From Sphaerochaeta sp. (lineage in GTDB: Bacteria; Spirochaetota; Spirochaetia; Sphaerochaetales; Sphaerochaetaceae): a stretch of DNA of 64,000 nucleotides. Positions within the stretch are counted from its first letter, which is position 1. Every line of letters begins with the position of its first letter. A model generated the notes under the pieces. It saw nothing but the letters and a program-made list of their open reading frames with translations, had not been told where the DNA came from and ran no database searches. This document shows positions 1-10,872 of this stretch, piece after piece. The DNA is taken from NCBI GenBank assembly GCA_016342655.1, contig JAEINL010000007.1:4919-68918 (forward strand), read 5' to 3'. The translations under genes and the position numbers were made by a program.

Positions 1-1032
1 GAAATTACAACGCCAACTGGAAGGGTGCTTAATGAAGAGTGGATGGGAGATATTGATACCTATAATAAATTATGTAGTAATAATAAAATTTACTTCCCAC
101 GTGGTGGCGATGGAATGCCACGAAAAAAGTATTATAAAACTGAGAGAGAAACAGAAGGGCAATGCGCTACTAACTGGTGGACTCATGAAATATATGGGAA
201 TAATCAGAAAGCAAGTGATGAATTGACTCAATTATTTGGTTTCAAGAATGTTTTTAGCAATCCAAAACCAACTCAGTTGATAGATGCAATCATTGGGTTA
301 GCAAATGTAAAGGCTGGTGATATTGTACTAGATTTCTTTAGTGGATCAGCTACTACGGCACATTCTGCGCTTCGATTTTCATTAGAATGCAATTGTAAGT
401 TTATAATGATTCAACTTCCCGAGAGCCTTGAAGATTTAGTAGAAAGAGCATCTAGTAGCGAAAAGGAAAAGTTATCTAAAATTATGGAATTCCTTGATGA
501 AAATCACCGCTCCCATACTTTGGATCAAATAGGTATCGAACGTATCATTCGCGCAGCGAAGGTAATTAAAGAGAAAAATCCAGGTACAACTGCAGATCTC
601 GGATTCAAACATTATTCACTTGTTGAACCACCTGAAGAGACCTTGGATAAACTGGAGAAGTTCGATTCCTCCACCAATACATTGTTTACTGACAGCACGC
701 TCCTTGATTGTTTCGGAAAGCCAACAGTCCTTGCCACTTGGATTGTAAGGGATGGGTATGGCTTTACAGTAGATGCTGAAGAAGTATCTTTTGCAGATTA
801 CACTGGATACTACATAGACAAGCATCTCTATTTGATAGACCCCAACCTCTCTAATAAAGCCATTGAAGCCATCGTAGTAAAATATGAAACTGATGGAAAC
901 TTCAATCCAGAGAATGTGGTGCTCTTCGGTTATAGTTTCACGTGGACAGAATTGGAAGCATTGCAGACCAATCTGAAACGGTTGATTGATACGGAGAAAA
1001 ACCTACGTATCAATTTCGACATTCGTTATTAA
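1..1032 (+). CDS. mod: Type III R-M DNA methyltransferase Mod, 5'-truncated by the window edge
   Basis: Frame open from base 1. Contains NPKP and SAM-binding motif I VLDFFSGSATT, an EcoP15I-like C-terminus, and lies 10 bp upstream of res. Confidence 0.92.
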   Translation, partial: EITTPTGRVLNEEWMGDIDTYNKLCSNNKIYFPRGGDGMPRKKYYKTERETEGQCATNWWTHEIYGNNQKASDELTQLFGFKNVFSNPKPTQLIDAIIGLANVKAGDIVLDFFSGSATTAHSALRFSLECNCKFIMIQLPESLEDLVERASSSEKEKLSKIMEFLDENHRSHTLDQIGIERIIRAAKVIKEKNPGTTADLGFKHYSLVEPPEETLDKLEKFDSSTNTLFTDSTLLDCFGKPTVLATWIVRDGYGFTVDAEEVSFADYTGYYIDKHLYLIDPNLSNKAIEAIVVKYETDGNFNPENVVLFGYSFTWTELEALQTNLKRLIDTEKNLRINFDIRY

Positions 1033-1042
1033 GGGGACTGTG

Positions 1043-4003
1043 ATGGAATTAATTCTTCAGAGAGGGCTACCTCATCAACAGAAGGCAGTTGAAGCAGTCA
1101 GTAAGGTTTTTCAAGACATATATTTTGAGGCGCCAACGCTATTTTATGAGAATCCGACTATCCCATTGGCAAACACTCTCATTACAGCAAATATCCGTGG
1201 AATTCAAAAAGATGTTCCCGCAGAATTCCGAGGAGGCCATCCCAGTCGAGAATGCCTTAATCTCGACATCAAGATGGAGACAGGGACGGGAAAAACCTAC
1301 GTATACACAGAAATTATCTATGAGCTTCACAAACGTCATGGCTTGAATAAATTCATCATTGCAGTACCTTCCCTTGCGATCAAGGCTGGAACTGGGCAAT
1401 TTCTCCAGGACGAATATGTGAGTAGACATTTCACTGATGTTTGTGGGTATGGCACAGAAATTGAGGTTGGTATCCTTGAGGCCCCAAAAAGTAATAAGAA
1501 AGGTCGTTCGTATTTCCCTAGTGTCGTCAGCGACTTTGTCAAAGGGTCATGCCAGAATACGAAAAAGATATATGTCTTGCTTCTTAATATGCAGATGCTA
1601 ACAGGGGCTAAATTACTTACGCGCGATGATTATGATTATGGAGCGGAGGGCTTTTACCGACCGATGGATGCCATCAAAGCAACTCGGCCGATCATGATAA
1701 TTGATGAACCTCATCGCTTTTCCCGGGACCAGAAGGCGTTCAAGGTAATCACTAACGAAATTATGCCACAATGTATCATTCGTTTTGGAGCAACCTTCCC
1801 TGAAGTCACAACTGGTCGTGAAAAGAATAGAGTTACTGTTAAAGACTACCAGAATCTCCTATATGATTTGAATGCATGTGAATCATTCAACCAAAATCTG
1901 ATAAAGGGTGTTGCTAAGGAACATTTCGAACCGGTATCAAAAAGAGAAGAAAAGCTGAAAATAATCTCAATTGCTAGCAGAGATTCTGTTATTTTCCAGC
2001 ATAAGAAAAAAGATGAACCAACACGCTCATATACCCTCAAACGAGGAGATGCACTTTCAATCATCCATGAGGCGTTTGAAGGAATAACGATTGATTCTAT
2101 CGGTACTTCTTCTGTATTTTTCTCCAATGGCATCGAAAAATCGAAGAGTGAAGAACTGGATGTGGATATCTATATGACATCCTACCAGGAGCAGATGATC
2201 CGTCTTGCTCTGGAACGGCATTTTGAAACGGAGAAAGAGAATTTTTGTGGCCGTTCTTTCAAGATAAAAACTCTTGCTTTGTTCTTTATAGATGATATCT
2301 CATCATATCGGGCAAAGCAAAATGGAAGGGATCCCTTCTTATTACTGGCGTTTGAAAGACTTTTGAAAGAACGAATCGAATCTACACTATCTGGACTCAG
2401 TTCTCATGATGTTCAATATAGAGCCTATCTTGAAGCCAGCCTTGCAAACATTTCTGCTTGCCATGCCGGTTATTTTTCACAAGACAACAGCGACTCGGAT
2501 GATGAGATAGCAAAAGAAGTGGAGGTCATCCTTCATGGCAAAAAGCAATTACTTTCATTTAAGAATAAAGATGAGTCTTTCAACACACTACGGTTCCTAT
2601 TTTCAAAATGGACACTGAAAGAAGGATGGGACAACCCAAACGTTTTCACCATTGCAAAGCTACGATCAAGTGGAAGCGAGATCAGCAAGCTCCAGGAAGT
2701 GGGCCGTGGATTGCGCCTTCCTGTTGATGAGAATGGTAACAGAATTTCCAACGAGGAATTCCAACTGAATTATATTGTTGACTTCACGGAAGCTGACTTC
2801 GCAAGAAAGCTGATCGACCAGATAAATGGAGAGATTTCACAATCTTCAAAACTAAATGACGAACAATTAGAGCAGGTGGCAAAGAAACTCAGCTTGACTG
2901 CAGATGAGCTTTTCTTGGTATTATTCGAAAAAAGTTATATTGATCGCCACATGAATATCCTTACAGATAATAGGGAGGTATTCTTTGCTGAATACCCAGA
3001 TTTCGCTATGGGCCTCTCTTCAGGAAAGGTGAAAGATCGGAACGTTTTGAAGCCTAAACCTGTAAAGATCCGCAAGGCTGTATACAGCGAAATCAGGGAG
3101 TTGTGGGAGGCGATCAATCAACGGTACCTGCTGTTTTACGATAAGGATTTGGATTCGGATATGGATGCGGTTGTCTTGTCATTGCTTGAAAGACCTGGTG
3201 TATTTTCTGAAGTAGTTATGACCAGTCATCGAGAGGTTGTTACCAGCGACGGAACGCACATGACAATTGTTTCTGATACAGGGGCTCAGTACATCACTTC
3301 AAACCCAATCCCATATAATGAATTTCTCAATCGGATACTGCGAGCAACCCATCTACCGATAACGACAGTTCACAAAGCAATGTGTGATTTTGTAGGCAAG
3401 CATGGATTGGTGAACCCTGAATATATCAATGCAAATTCAGCCAGTATGTTCATCCAACAATTCCAAGACTGGAAAAATAAAAACCTGCAAGGACGATTCA
3501 AATACAAGAAGAGCAACACTCCTGTAAGAGCTACTGCACTCTCATATGAAGATGGCTCCCCACGTGAAGATATTACTCAAGGGCGCATTGGGACAAAACT
3601 TGTGGAAGGAACCCCTAGTGAGAAATATCTGTATGATTCATATGCGTATGACTCTCCTTTGGAACAGAAGAACATTACATCGGATGTCGAGGAAATTGTA
3701 GTGTATGGAAAAATACCTCGAAGTAGCATAGCTATACCTACTATAACTGGAGAGAGGTTCAGTCCAGACTTCATGTATGTCGTAAGAAGGGCTTCAGGTG
3801 AGAAGGAGCTGAATATTGTCGTTGAGACGAAGGATGTTGAAAACAGATCTGGATTACGGCCCATTGAACAGATAAAAATTGATTGTGCAAAGACCTTCTT
3901 CGAAACATTGTCCAAGGATGGGTATACAGTACACTTCCGAGACCAACTCAATAACAAACAAATGGTTCAGATTATCAAGGATGTGCTTGATCAGAATCCA
4001 TAA
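1043..4003 (+). CDS. res: Type III restriction endonuclease/helicase Res subunit
   Basis: METGTGKT (Walker A), DEPH, EGWDNPNVF, QEVGRGLR and C-terminal PD-(D/E)xK motif (SPDF...VVETK). Start taken as ATG 1043 after AAGGGG. Confidence 0.95.
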   Translation: MELILQRGLPHQQKAVEAVSKVFQDIYFEAPTLFYENPTIPLANTLITANIRGIQKDVPAEFRGGHPSRECLNLDIKMETGTGKTYVYTEIIYELHKRHGLNKFIIAVPSLAIKAGTGQFLQDEYVSRHFTDVCGYGTEIEVGILEAPKSNKKGRSYFPSVVSDFVKGSCQNTKKIYVLLLNMQMLTGAKLLTRDDYDYGAEGFYRPMDAIKATRPIMIIDEPHRFSRDQKAFKVITNEIMPQCIIRFGATFPEVTTGREKNRVTVKDYQNLLYDLNACESFNQNLIKGVAKEHFEPVSKREEKLKIISIASRDSVIFQHKKKDEPTRSYTLKRGDALSIIHEAFEGITIDSIGTSSVFFSNGIEKSKSEELDVDIYMTSYQEQMIRLALERHFETEKENFCGRSFKIKTLALFFIDDISSYRAKQNGRDPFLLLAFERLLKERIESTLSGLSSHDVQYRAYLEASLANISACHAGYFSQDNSDSDDEIAKEVEVILHGKKQLLSFKNKDESFNTLRFLFSKWTLKEGWDNPNVFTIAKLRSSGSEISKLQEVGRGLRLPVDENGNRISNEEFQLNYIVDFTEADFARKLIDQINGEISQSSKLNDEQLEQVAKKLSLTADELFLVLFEKSYIDRHMNILTDNREVFFAEYPDFAMGLSSGKVKDRNVLKPKPVKIRKAVYSEIRELWEAINQRYLLFYDKDLDSDMDAVVLSLLERPGVFSEVVMTSHREVVTSDGTHMTIVSDTGAQYITSNPIPYNEFLNRILRATHLPITTVHKAMCDFVGKHGLVNPEYINANSASMFIQQFQDWKNKNLQGRFKYKKSNTPVRATALSYEDGSPREDITQGRIGTKLVEGTPSEKYLYDSYAYDSPLEQKNITSDVEEIVVYGKIPRSSIAIPTITGERFSPDFMYVVRRASGEKELNIVVETKDVENRSGLRPIEQIKIDCAKTFFETLSKDGYTVHFRDQLNNKQMVQIIKDVLDQNP

Positions 4004-4279
4004 TATATCCAGTTGGGATCTTCTCCTGTGTGGTAAGTACAATTCCCCTGTGATGTAAGAAATACCATTTTGGGGAGCGTATGAGAGTCGTCATACCAGT
4101 GAATTTTAACGGTATTGGGCTCTAATTGCCAGCCTTTTCATTTTAGCGCTAGGGAGGCAGATACACCAAGTATGGAAACCGTAAGGGGTAAGAAAGAAGG
4201 AAAAGCTGTATTCATATCACTCTGTCGCTAAAGGTGATAAATTTTTCTTCATCTTCCTTACCCGTACTACCTACTGTCC

Positions 4280-4627
4280 CTACTTGTCTCCATACTCAGG
4301 CACAATGCAGATGAATACAAAAGGCTCGTCACCTGCTTGGGAAATCTGATGGAGGATATCAGAGGGAACATAGGCTGTGGAACCTGGGGTGAGAGGGTAG
4401 TCCTTGCCATCCATGAACAGCACACCCTTGCCTTCCACACCATAGATGATGTGTTGCCAAGGATGGGCATGACGGGGTGCAAAGCCACCCTTGCCGAGGG
4501 TGAACATCCTCATGACGTGGTCCTTCCACCCTTGGTTTGGTCCTACGAGTACTTGTTTGGTGACATGTTTAGAAGAAGGGCTCTCTATCTGTTTTTTCTC
4601 TATCTCATCACGGTGTGATACAAACAT
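4280..4627 (-). CDS. Cupin domain protein (~115 aa)
   Basis: HAHPWQH and later H (DILH) cupin motifs; ATG at 4627 preceded by AGGAG. Confidence 0.85.
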   Translation of the reverse strand: MFVSHRDEIEKKQIESPSSKHVTKQVLVGPNQGWKDHVMRMFTLGKGGFAPRHAHPWQHIIYGVEGKGVLFMDGKDYPLTPGSTAYVPSDILHQISQAGDEPFVFICIVPEYGDK

Positions 4628-4637
4628 AGCGTTTCTC

Positions 4638-5612
4638 CTATTTGCCTTGCAGTTTTTCCATGACCCAATCGGTTCTTGACCCACTCTCACCTGTGCTGGG
4701 GCAGGTGCCTTTTCCCAAGAGCTCATTCACTACCATCTGGATCATCGGTTGGGCAATATGTTCAGGTGGCTTACCAACCTCTATAGTCTGTTCCCCTTCT
4801 TTTGTCCGTATGTGGATAGGCTCTTCATTAGCGAAAACAGAGTAGGACAATTCCCCTTTGCTGCCACAGATGATGGTCTTATCTTCATCTTTGTACGTAT
4901 TGAAGCAGAAGATTCCGCTTCCCAAGACATTGTTTGCATGCTTCCAGCTACCACTGACGATATCTTCAGCAGCATAGGCCTTGCTCTGGTTTTCTGTAAA
5001 TCCCTGGGCTTCTTCAATAGGCCCGAAATACCAGTCCAAGAGGTCCAAGGCATGCGAGCCGACATCCAATATGAGCCCGCCTCTAGATAGCTCGGGGTTG
5101 ACCCTCCAGGAGCCCTCCTTCAGTTTGTCCTCCTCTGGAAGGCTCTGGTGCATGGAAACATGCACATACCGAATCTCACCAATGATACCGCTATCGAGCA
5201 GAGCCTTGATCTTCAGGAACTTGGGAAGGGCTCTGCGATAGTAGGCGCTGAAAAAGGGAACTCCCTTCTCCTTACAGAAGGCGGTCATCCTCTTGCTGTC
5301 TTCACTGGATATTGCCAAGGGTTTCTCGCAGTACACAGGTTTGCCTGCTTCTGCGACCTTGAGGGTATATTCCATATGTGAGGAGGGATGGGTGGCGATG
5401 TAGATGGCATCCACTTCAGGATCGTCGATAAGCTTCTGGGCATCATCATACCAGCGTGGCACATTATGTCTTTTTGCGTAATCTTCTGCCTTTTCGCTGT
5501 TTCGGCGCATTACAGCAACCAAGGAGGATCCCTCGGCTTTTTGCAAACCCGGTCCGCTCTTCTTTTCGGTCACATTCCCACAACCTATGATGCCCCAACG
5601 GATCGTTTTCAT
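4638..5612 (-). CDS. Gfo/Idh/MocA family oxidoreductase
   Basis: WGIIGCG Rossmann motif, CEKP, DVGSH; start MKTIRWG after AAGGAGG. Confidence 0.92.
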   Translation of the reverse strand: MKTIRWGIIGCGNVTEKKSGPGLQKAEGSSLVAVMRRNSEKAEDYAKRHNVPRWYDDAQKLIDDPEVDAIYIATHPSSHMEYTLKVAEAGKPVYCEKPLAISSEDSKRMTAFCKEKGVPFFSAYYRRALPKFLKIKALLDSGIIGEIRYVHVSMHQSLPEEDKLKEGSWRVNPELSRGGLILDVGSHALDLLDWYFGPIEEAQGFTENQSKAYAAEDIVSGSWKHANNVLGSGIFCFNTYKDEDKTIICGSKGELSYSVFANEEPIHIRTKEGEQTIEVGKPPEHIAQPMIQMVVNELLGKGTCPSTGESGSRTDWVMEKLQGK

Positions 5613-5653
5613 ATGCTCCTCCTTGTTTTTCATATTCTTTCTCTCTTGGTGTG

Positions 5654-6442
5654 TTACTTTGGCTCCCAACCAAGCAACTTTGAAAGGTTATTGCACTCAC
5701 TCAGGATGGAAGTGACAATACGTTTCTTGTTCTCAGGATCGAACCTGAACAGAGGCCAGGAGACGCTCATCGCAGCAATTGTCCTTCCCGTATAGTCCTT
5801 GATAGGCGCTCCTATGCAGAGCGTTCCCATCTCATGCTCCTCGTCATCGGAAGCCCAGCCCTGGTTTCTGACTTTTTCCAACTCCGATCGCAATGCCTGT
5901 TCATCTCTGATGGTATTCGGGGTGAAAAGCTTGAGTGGCACCTTGCCAAGATACTGCTGAAGCTCGCGCTCAGTCATGTCGCTGAGCAGGACCTTCCCAA
6001 TGGCAGTGCAGTAGAGGGGGATGGTTTTCCCCACTCTGCTGTACATGCGGATGGTGAAGGAGGACTCCTTCTTCAGTACATAGACAGCAGTCTTGCCCTC
6101 GAGTACGCCCATGTGGACTGTCTCACCCAGTTCAGTGCAGAGCTTCTGGGCAACAGGGTTGGCCAGACTGATGAAATCAATGTGCTCCAATCCATGCGAA
6201 CCCAAGGAGAACAATTTCAGAGTAAGACTATACAGGTCAGTGGGGTCTCTATAGATATAGCCAAGGCTGACAAGTGTAGACAAGAATCTGAGCAGGGTAG
6301 CCTTAGGCAACTTGGTCTCCTTGGCAAGGTTCTCAAGATTGATATGTTGGTATTGGGAGAGCGTTTCCAGTATGGCGATGGTACGTACCACCCCACTGGT
6401 CAATTGTTTGTCCCCCTGCAGTTCAGATCCTTTTTCACTCAT
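5654..6442 (-). CDS. IclR family transcriptional regulator (KdgR-like context)
   Basis: N-terminal HTH (LPKATLLRFLSTL), PLYCTAIGK and DDEEH effector-domain motifs. Confidence 0.92.
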   Translation of the reverse strand: MSEKGSELQGDKQLTSGVVRTIAILETLSQYQHINLENLAKETKLPKATLLRFLSTLVSLGYIYRDPTDLYSLTLKLFSLGSHGLEHIDFISLANPVAQKLCTELGETVHMGVLEGKTAVYVLKKESSFTIRMYSRVGKTIPLYCTAIGKVLLSDMTERELQQYLGKVPLKLFTPNTIRDEQALRSELEKVRNQGWASDDEEHEMGTLCIGAPIKDYTGRTIAAMSVSWPLFRFDPENKKRIVTSILSECNNLSKLLGWEPK

Positions 6443-6446
6443 GTTC

Positions 6447-7850
6447 CTATCCTTCAAAATACGTCTTAGCATTCTCAAACGAGATTTTCTTCACTACACT
6501 GCCCAACATCTCCCTGTCGGAAGGGATCTCACCCTCTTCTGCCCAGGTGCCGAGTATGTTGCACAGGATTCTCCTGAAATACTCATGTCTGGGGTAAGAG
6601 AGAAATGATCGGCTGTCTGTGAGCATACCGATGAAACGTGGTAACAAACCAAGGTTCCCTAAGGTTTTCATCTGCTGTTCCATACCATCCTTATGGTCTG
6701 TAAACCACCAGGCTGAACCTAGCTGAATCTTTCCTGGTATCCCGCCCTGATAGCAGCCCATCAGGGAACCTAGGGTATAGTAATCCTTTGGGTTGAGGCT
6801 GTATAGGATGGTCTTGGGAACCTCTCCTGTTGCAGAAAGAGCACTGAGGAAGGCTGAAAGCCCTTCAGCAATCTCCTTGTCATGGGATGCATCGAATCCT
6901 GTATCGGGACCGAGAAGCTCGAACATACGCTTGTTGTTGTCCCTGATCGCGGCAAAGTGCAGCTGCATGGCAATGTCACGCTTTGCATAGGCGCGGGCCA
7001 AGTGGGAGAGGACGAAGGTCCTGTAGGCCTCAACCTCCTCCTTGTTCAGGGTTGTACCAGCAAGCTTCTTGCCAAAGATGGCATTGACTTCACTCTCGCT
7101 CTTGAACACAGCAGGAGCTGTCACCAAAGCGTGGTCGGAGGCCTTACATCCATTTGCAACAAAGAAGTCCAGGCGCGCGATAAGGGCAGTGACGACATCT
7201 GTTGCTGAATTGATTTCCATCGAGGCGGCTTTTGCCAGAAGGGCAACATACTCGAGGAAGGATTCCTTCTCAATGGCCAAGGCCTTGTCCGGGCGGTAGG
7301 AGGGAAGTACCTTTGCAGGGAAATCCTTCTGGGAAGCGATGTCCTGATGGAAGGCGAGGTCATCGGCAGGATCGTCGGTGGTACCCACTGCGTAGACCTT
7401 GAACTGTTTCATGATACCAGTAACCGAGAGGTTTGCATCGCTTGCAAACCTTCGGTTGGTCTCCTCATAGATAGCCTTCGCACTCTTGGTGTTGAGGGGT
7501 TCGTGAATGTCGAAATAGCGCTGCAACTCCAGGTGGGTCCAGTGGTAGAGAGGGTTGCCTAGGGCATTTTCCATAGTTTGTGCCCAAGCGTAGAACTTGT
7601 CGAACGGGTCGGCATCTTTGCCGGTGATAAGCTCCTCAGGTATTCCATTGGAACGCATCGCTCTCCACTTGTAGTGGTCACCCCCTAGCCAGGCATCGGT
7701 GATGGTGGTAAAGCGCTTGTCTGTTGCAATCTCCTGAGGGATAAGGTGACAGTGGTAGTCGAAGATCGGTTGGTCTTTTGCAAACTCATGATACAGCATC
7801 TCTGCTGTCTTGGTCTGTAGGAGGAAATTCTCACCCATAAATTGTTTCAT
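6447..7850 (-). CDS. uxaC: Glucuronate isomerase
   Basis: DYHCH, GDHYKWRAMR, GTTDDP, AWWF, TDSRSFLSYPRHEYFRR. Confidence 0.97.
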   Translation of the reverse strand: MKQFMGENFLLQTKTAEMLYHEFAKDQPIFDYHCHLIPQEIATDKRFTTITDAWLGGDHYKWRAMRSNGIPEELITGKDADPFDKFYAWAQTMENALGNPLYHWTHLELQRYFDIHEPLNTKSAKAIYEETNRRFASDANLSVTGIMKQFKVYAVGTTDDPADDLAFHQDIASQKDFPAKVLPSYRPDKALAIEKESFLEYVALLAKAASMEINSATDVVTALIARLDFFVANGCKASDHALVTAPAVFKSESEVNAIFGKKLAGTTLNKEEVEAYRTFVLSHLARAYAKRDIAMQLHFAAIRDNNKRMFELLGPDTGFDASHDKEIAEGLSAFLSALSATGEVPKTILYSLNPKDYYTLGSLMGCYQGGIPGKIQLGSAWWFTDHKDGMEQQMKTLGNLGLLPRFIGMLTDSRSFLSYPRHEYFRRILCNILGTWAEEGEIPSDREMLGSVVKKISFENAKTYFEG

Positions 7851-7864
7851 AGCAGTACTCCTTC

Positions 7865-9388
7865 CTAGAGGATGACCCCATCCTTGAATAGGGAAATCTC
7901 GGCGTAGCCGTTTATTTCATTCTTAGTCTGTTCCTCACCAGAGGCAACCTTTTTCATCAAGTCAATGAAGTCATTGAGTACCACCTCGTTGTCTTCATAT
8001 AGCAAGCGACCAGCATCAAAGTCAATCCAATTGGCTTTCTTTGTAGCCAAAGCGGTGTTTGAGGCTATCTTTACCGTAGGGACAGGGGCTCCTAAGGGAG
8101 TTCCTCTCCCTGTGGTAAACAGGATGATATGTGCACCGCTTGCAGTAAGGGCAGTCGTCGAGACAATATCGTTGCCAGGACCCGATAGTACATTAAGACC
8201 ACGCTCGGTGACCCTCTGTCCATAGTCGAGCACAGCCACTATTGGGGCTTGTCCGCCTTTTTGGATGGCTCCGATGCTCTTATCCTCCAACGTGCTGATA
8301 CCCCCTTCCTTGTTGCCAGGGGAGGGATTCTCATAGACTGTCTGGTCATGGGAGATGAAGTAATCCTTGAAGTCGTTGATGAGCTTGACAGTCTCTTCAT
8401 ATACCTGTTTGGTAACTGCGCGGTTCATCAGGATCTGTTCCGCACCGAACATCTCTGGAACCTCGGTAAGGATAGACGTCCCCCCCATGGCAGTGAACTC
8501 ATCGCAGAAACGCCCGACCAGGGGGTTTGCTGTGATACCGCTGAACCCATCAGAGCCACCACACTTGAAGCCTATGACCAGCTCTCCCATGGAGACGCTT
8601 TCGCGCCTGTCTTTTGAGATGGTCTGTACCAATTCAGTAAGCAGCAGCTTGCCGCTCTCAATCTCGTCATCAACCTCTTGGCAGGTGAGGAATTTTACCC
8701 GTGAAGGGTCGACTTCCCCTACCAAGGCCTTGAATGAGGCTGGTGTGTTGTTCTCACACCCCAGCGATAGGACCAGAACCCCACCGGCATTGGGGTGGTG
8801 CACCAGGTCCGAAAGGATGGTCCTGGTTGCCTTATGGTCGGCTCCAAGCTGGGAGCACCCGTATGGGTGTGCCCAGACATGGATGCCATCGTACTCATAG
8901 GAGGAGAAGGCACCCTTCGCCCAATCGATAAGATTTTCGGCAACCTTGTTCACACACCCGACGGTGGGGATTATCCACAGCTCGTTACGGATGCCTATCT
9001 GGCCGTTGGCACGCCTATAAGCCTGGATGGTGGGAATCTTCCCTTCCCAACTCTTGCGCTTCTTTTCAGCCTTTGCCATATAGGAGGCGCTTTCCTCCCT
9101 GTCATACTGGTACTCGGCTATCTCACTCAGCAATGTGCTGATGTTCGTAGAATGGACATGGCTACCCAAGGCGATTGCCTCTGTAGCCTTTCCAATGGGA
9201 TAGCCGTACTTGATGACTGGCTCTTCCTTCTGGATATCCTTGAGGGCAAACTTGTGCCCTGCAGGGATATCAGAGGCGAGCGTAACCCTCTTGCCGTCAA
9301 CCTCTACAACCTCACCCTTGGTAAGGGCCTTGATGGCGACAGCTACGGTATCACTCTCCGCTATTTTCAATGTTGAAAATGTCTGCAT
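7865..9388 (-). CDS. uxaA: Altronate dehydratase
   Basis: SAF domain (IPAGHKFAL), HPYGCSQLG, KCGGSDG, ENPSPGNKEGG. Confidence 0.95.
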   Translation of the reverse strand: MQTFSTLKIAESDTVAVAIKALTKGEVVEVDGKRVTLASDIPAGHKFALKDIQKEEPVIKYGYPIGKATEAIALGSHVHSTNISTLLSEIAEYQYDREESASYMAKAEKKRKSWEGKIPTIQAYRRANGQIGIRNELWIIPTVGCVNKVAENLIDWAKGAFSSYEYDGIHVWAHPYGCSQLGADHKATRTILSDLVHHPNAGGVLVLSLGCENNTPASFKALVGEVDPSRVKFLTCQEVDDEIESGKLLLTELVQTISKDRRESVSMGELVIGFKCGGSDGFSGITANPLVGRFCDEFTAMGGTSILTEVPEMFGAEQILMNRAVTKQVYEETVKLINDFKDYFISHDQTVYENPSPGNKEGGISTLEDKSIGAIQKGGQAPIVAVLDYGQRVTERGLNVLSGPGNDIVSTTALTASGAHIILFTTGRGTPLGAPVPTVKIASNTALATKKANWIDFDAGRLLYEDNEVVLNDFIDLMKKVASGEEQTKNEINGYAEISLFKDGVIL

Positions 9389-9402
9389 ACTACTAATCTC
9401 CT

Positions 9403-10872
9403 TTAGAGAGCTGAAAGAGCACTCTTCATTCCATCCTTCCAGATAGAGAGGAGGTTCTCAGTGACCTGCTGGGGCAGGCCTGGTAGCAGGGTAAGATCTG
9501 TCCCCCACCAAGAGGCTTCGCTGAGCACTGCCTTGGAAATTGCCTGTGCATCCTTTGTCTTGTAGAGCTCGGCAAACTTTGTCAGCACCTCAGGACTATC
9601 CTGGATGAGGTAGGTCTCCCCATTTCTCTTTCCAACAAGAGCCGTGCCATCAAACTGTGTCCCCTCATAGAAGCTGATCAGGGCCGCAAGGGAGAAAACA
9701 AGATACTTGGGGAGCCCCTTGTACTTCTTCTGGTACGCCAAGAGAGAGGGTAGATCCCGGGTCTTGAACTTGCTTACCGAGTTTAGCGAGATACTGAGCA
9801 GCTGATGGGGGTTGAACGGGTTTTCAAAACGTTCAAGCACATCGGATGCGTACGCTTCAAGCATCTCTTTTGAGCCATCCATCGATGGGATGATCTCGTC
9901 AAATATACCACAGTGCATGAAGGGGTAGACCAAGGCCTTGTCAGCTATGCACTGCTGCACGGTATCGAAGCCCCCCTGGTAGGCCGCAAGGACGGTGAGG
10001 GTGTGTGCTCCGTTGAGGATGCGCACCTTGCGTGTCCTATAGAAGCTCATGTCGTCAGTCCAGATTACATTCAAGCCGGCTTTGGCAAATGGAAGCTCAT
10101 CTTCATGGAACTCTTTATGGCACTCGATGACCCAGAGGTGGAAGATCTCAGCAGACACCAAGAGGTTGTCTTTATAACCAAGTTTTTCGCAGAGTTCCTC
10201 GGCCTCCGTCTTGGGGTAGCCGGGGACGATGCGGTCGACCAGGGAGTTGCAGAAGTCACATGCCTCGTCTAGCCAAGCAGTAAAGCCCACCTCAAGCTTC
10301 CACTCAGTGGCATACTGCTTGACGATACGCTTTAGGTTGTCCCCGTTCTTGTCGATGAGTTCACAGGGTATGATGATGAGACCCTTATCCTTGTCACCCT
10401 TGAAAGCCTGAAACCGCCTGTAGAGAAAGGCACATACCTTGCCGGGGAAGGAACTCTGGGGCTTGTCTTCAAGCTTGTCCCCCTCGAGGTAGGCGATGCC
10501 TGCTTCTGTGGTGTTGGAGAAGACAAAGCGAAGGTCTTCACTGGAGGCAAGCTGCATATACGCTGTATAGTCATCCTCATGGTAGGGGTTGAGACAGGAC
10601 TTTACACTGTTGATGGCCCTGTACTGCTCGACAGTCTTTCCGTTCTGCACGCCTCTGAGGACTGTGGTATAGAGACCTTTCTGCTCGTTGAGCATATCAC
10701 CAAGACCCCGTTCAAGAGGTTGGACGATTACAACGTTGCCGTTGAAATCGGTCTTTTCATTAAGAATGTCAATTTTCCAATCAGCAAAGGCTCGGAGGAA
10801 GTTTCCTTCCCCATATTGGAGGACACGAACGGGTCTCTTTACTGGTTTCTTTACGTCTGTGATTGCTTGCAT
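9403..10872 (-). CDS. uxaB: Tagaturonate reductase (altronate oxidoreductase)
   Basis: QYGEGNFLRAF, SNTTEAGI, CELI, VDRIVPG, KVRILNGAHT. Confidence 0.95.
   Translation of the reverse strand: MQAITDVKKPVKRPVRVLQYGEGNFLRAFADWKIDILNEKTDFNGNVVIVQPLERGLGDMLNEQKGLYTTVLRGVQNGKTVEQYRAINSVKSCLNPYHEDDYTAYMQLASSEDLRFVFSNTTEAGIAYLEGDKLEDKPQSSFPGKVCAFLYRRFQAFKGDKDKGLIIIPCELIDKNGDNLKRIVKQYATEWKLEVGFTAWLDEACDFCNSLVDRIVPGYPKTEAEELCEKLGYKDNLLVSAEIFHLWVIECHKEFHEDELPFAKAGLNVIWTDDMSFYRTRKVRILNGAHTLTVLAAYQGGFDTVQQCIADKALVYPFMHCGIFDEIIPSMDGSKEMLEAYASDVLERFENPFNPHQLLSISLNSVSKFKTRDLPSLLAYQKKYKGLPKYLVFSLAALISFYEGTQFDGTALVGKRNGETYLIQDSPEVLTKFAELYKTKDAQAISKAVLSEASWWGTDLTLLPGLPQQVTENLLSIWKDGMKSALSAL

Noticed and set aside
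1-1032. Phase-variable simple sequence repeat in mod
   Set aside because: No tandem tract in the visible portion; the 5' end of the gene is outside the window.
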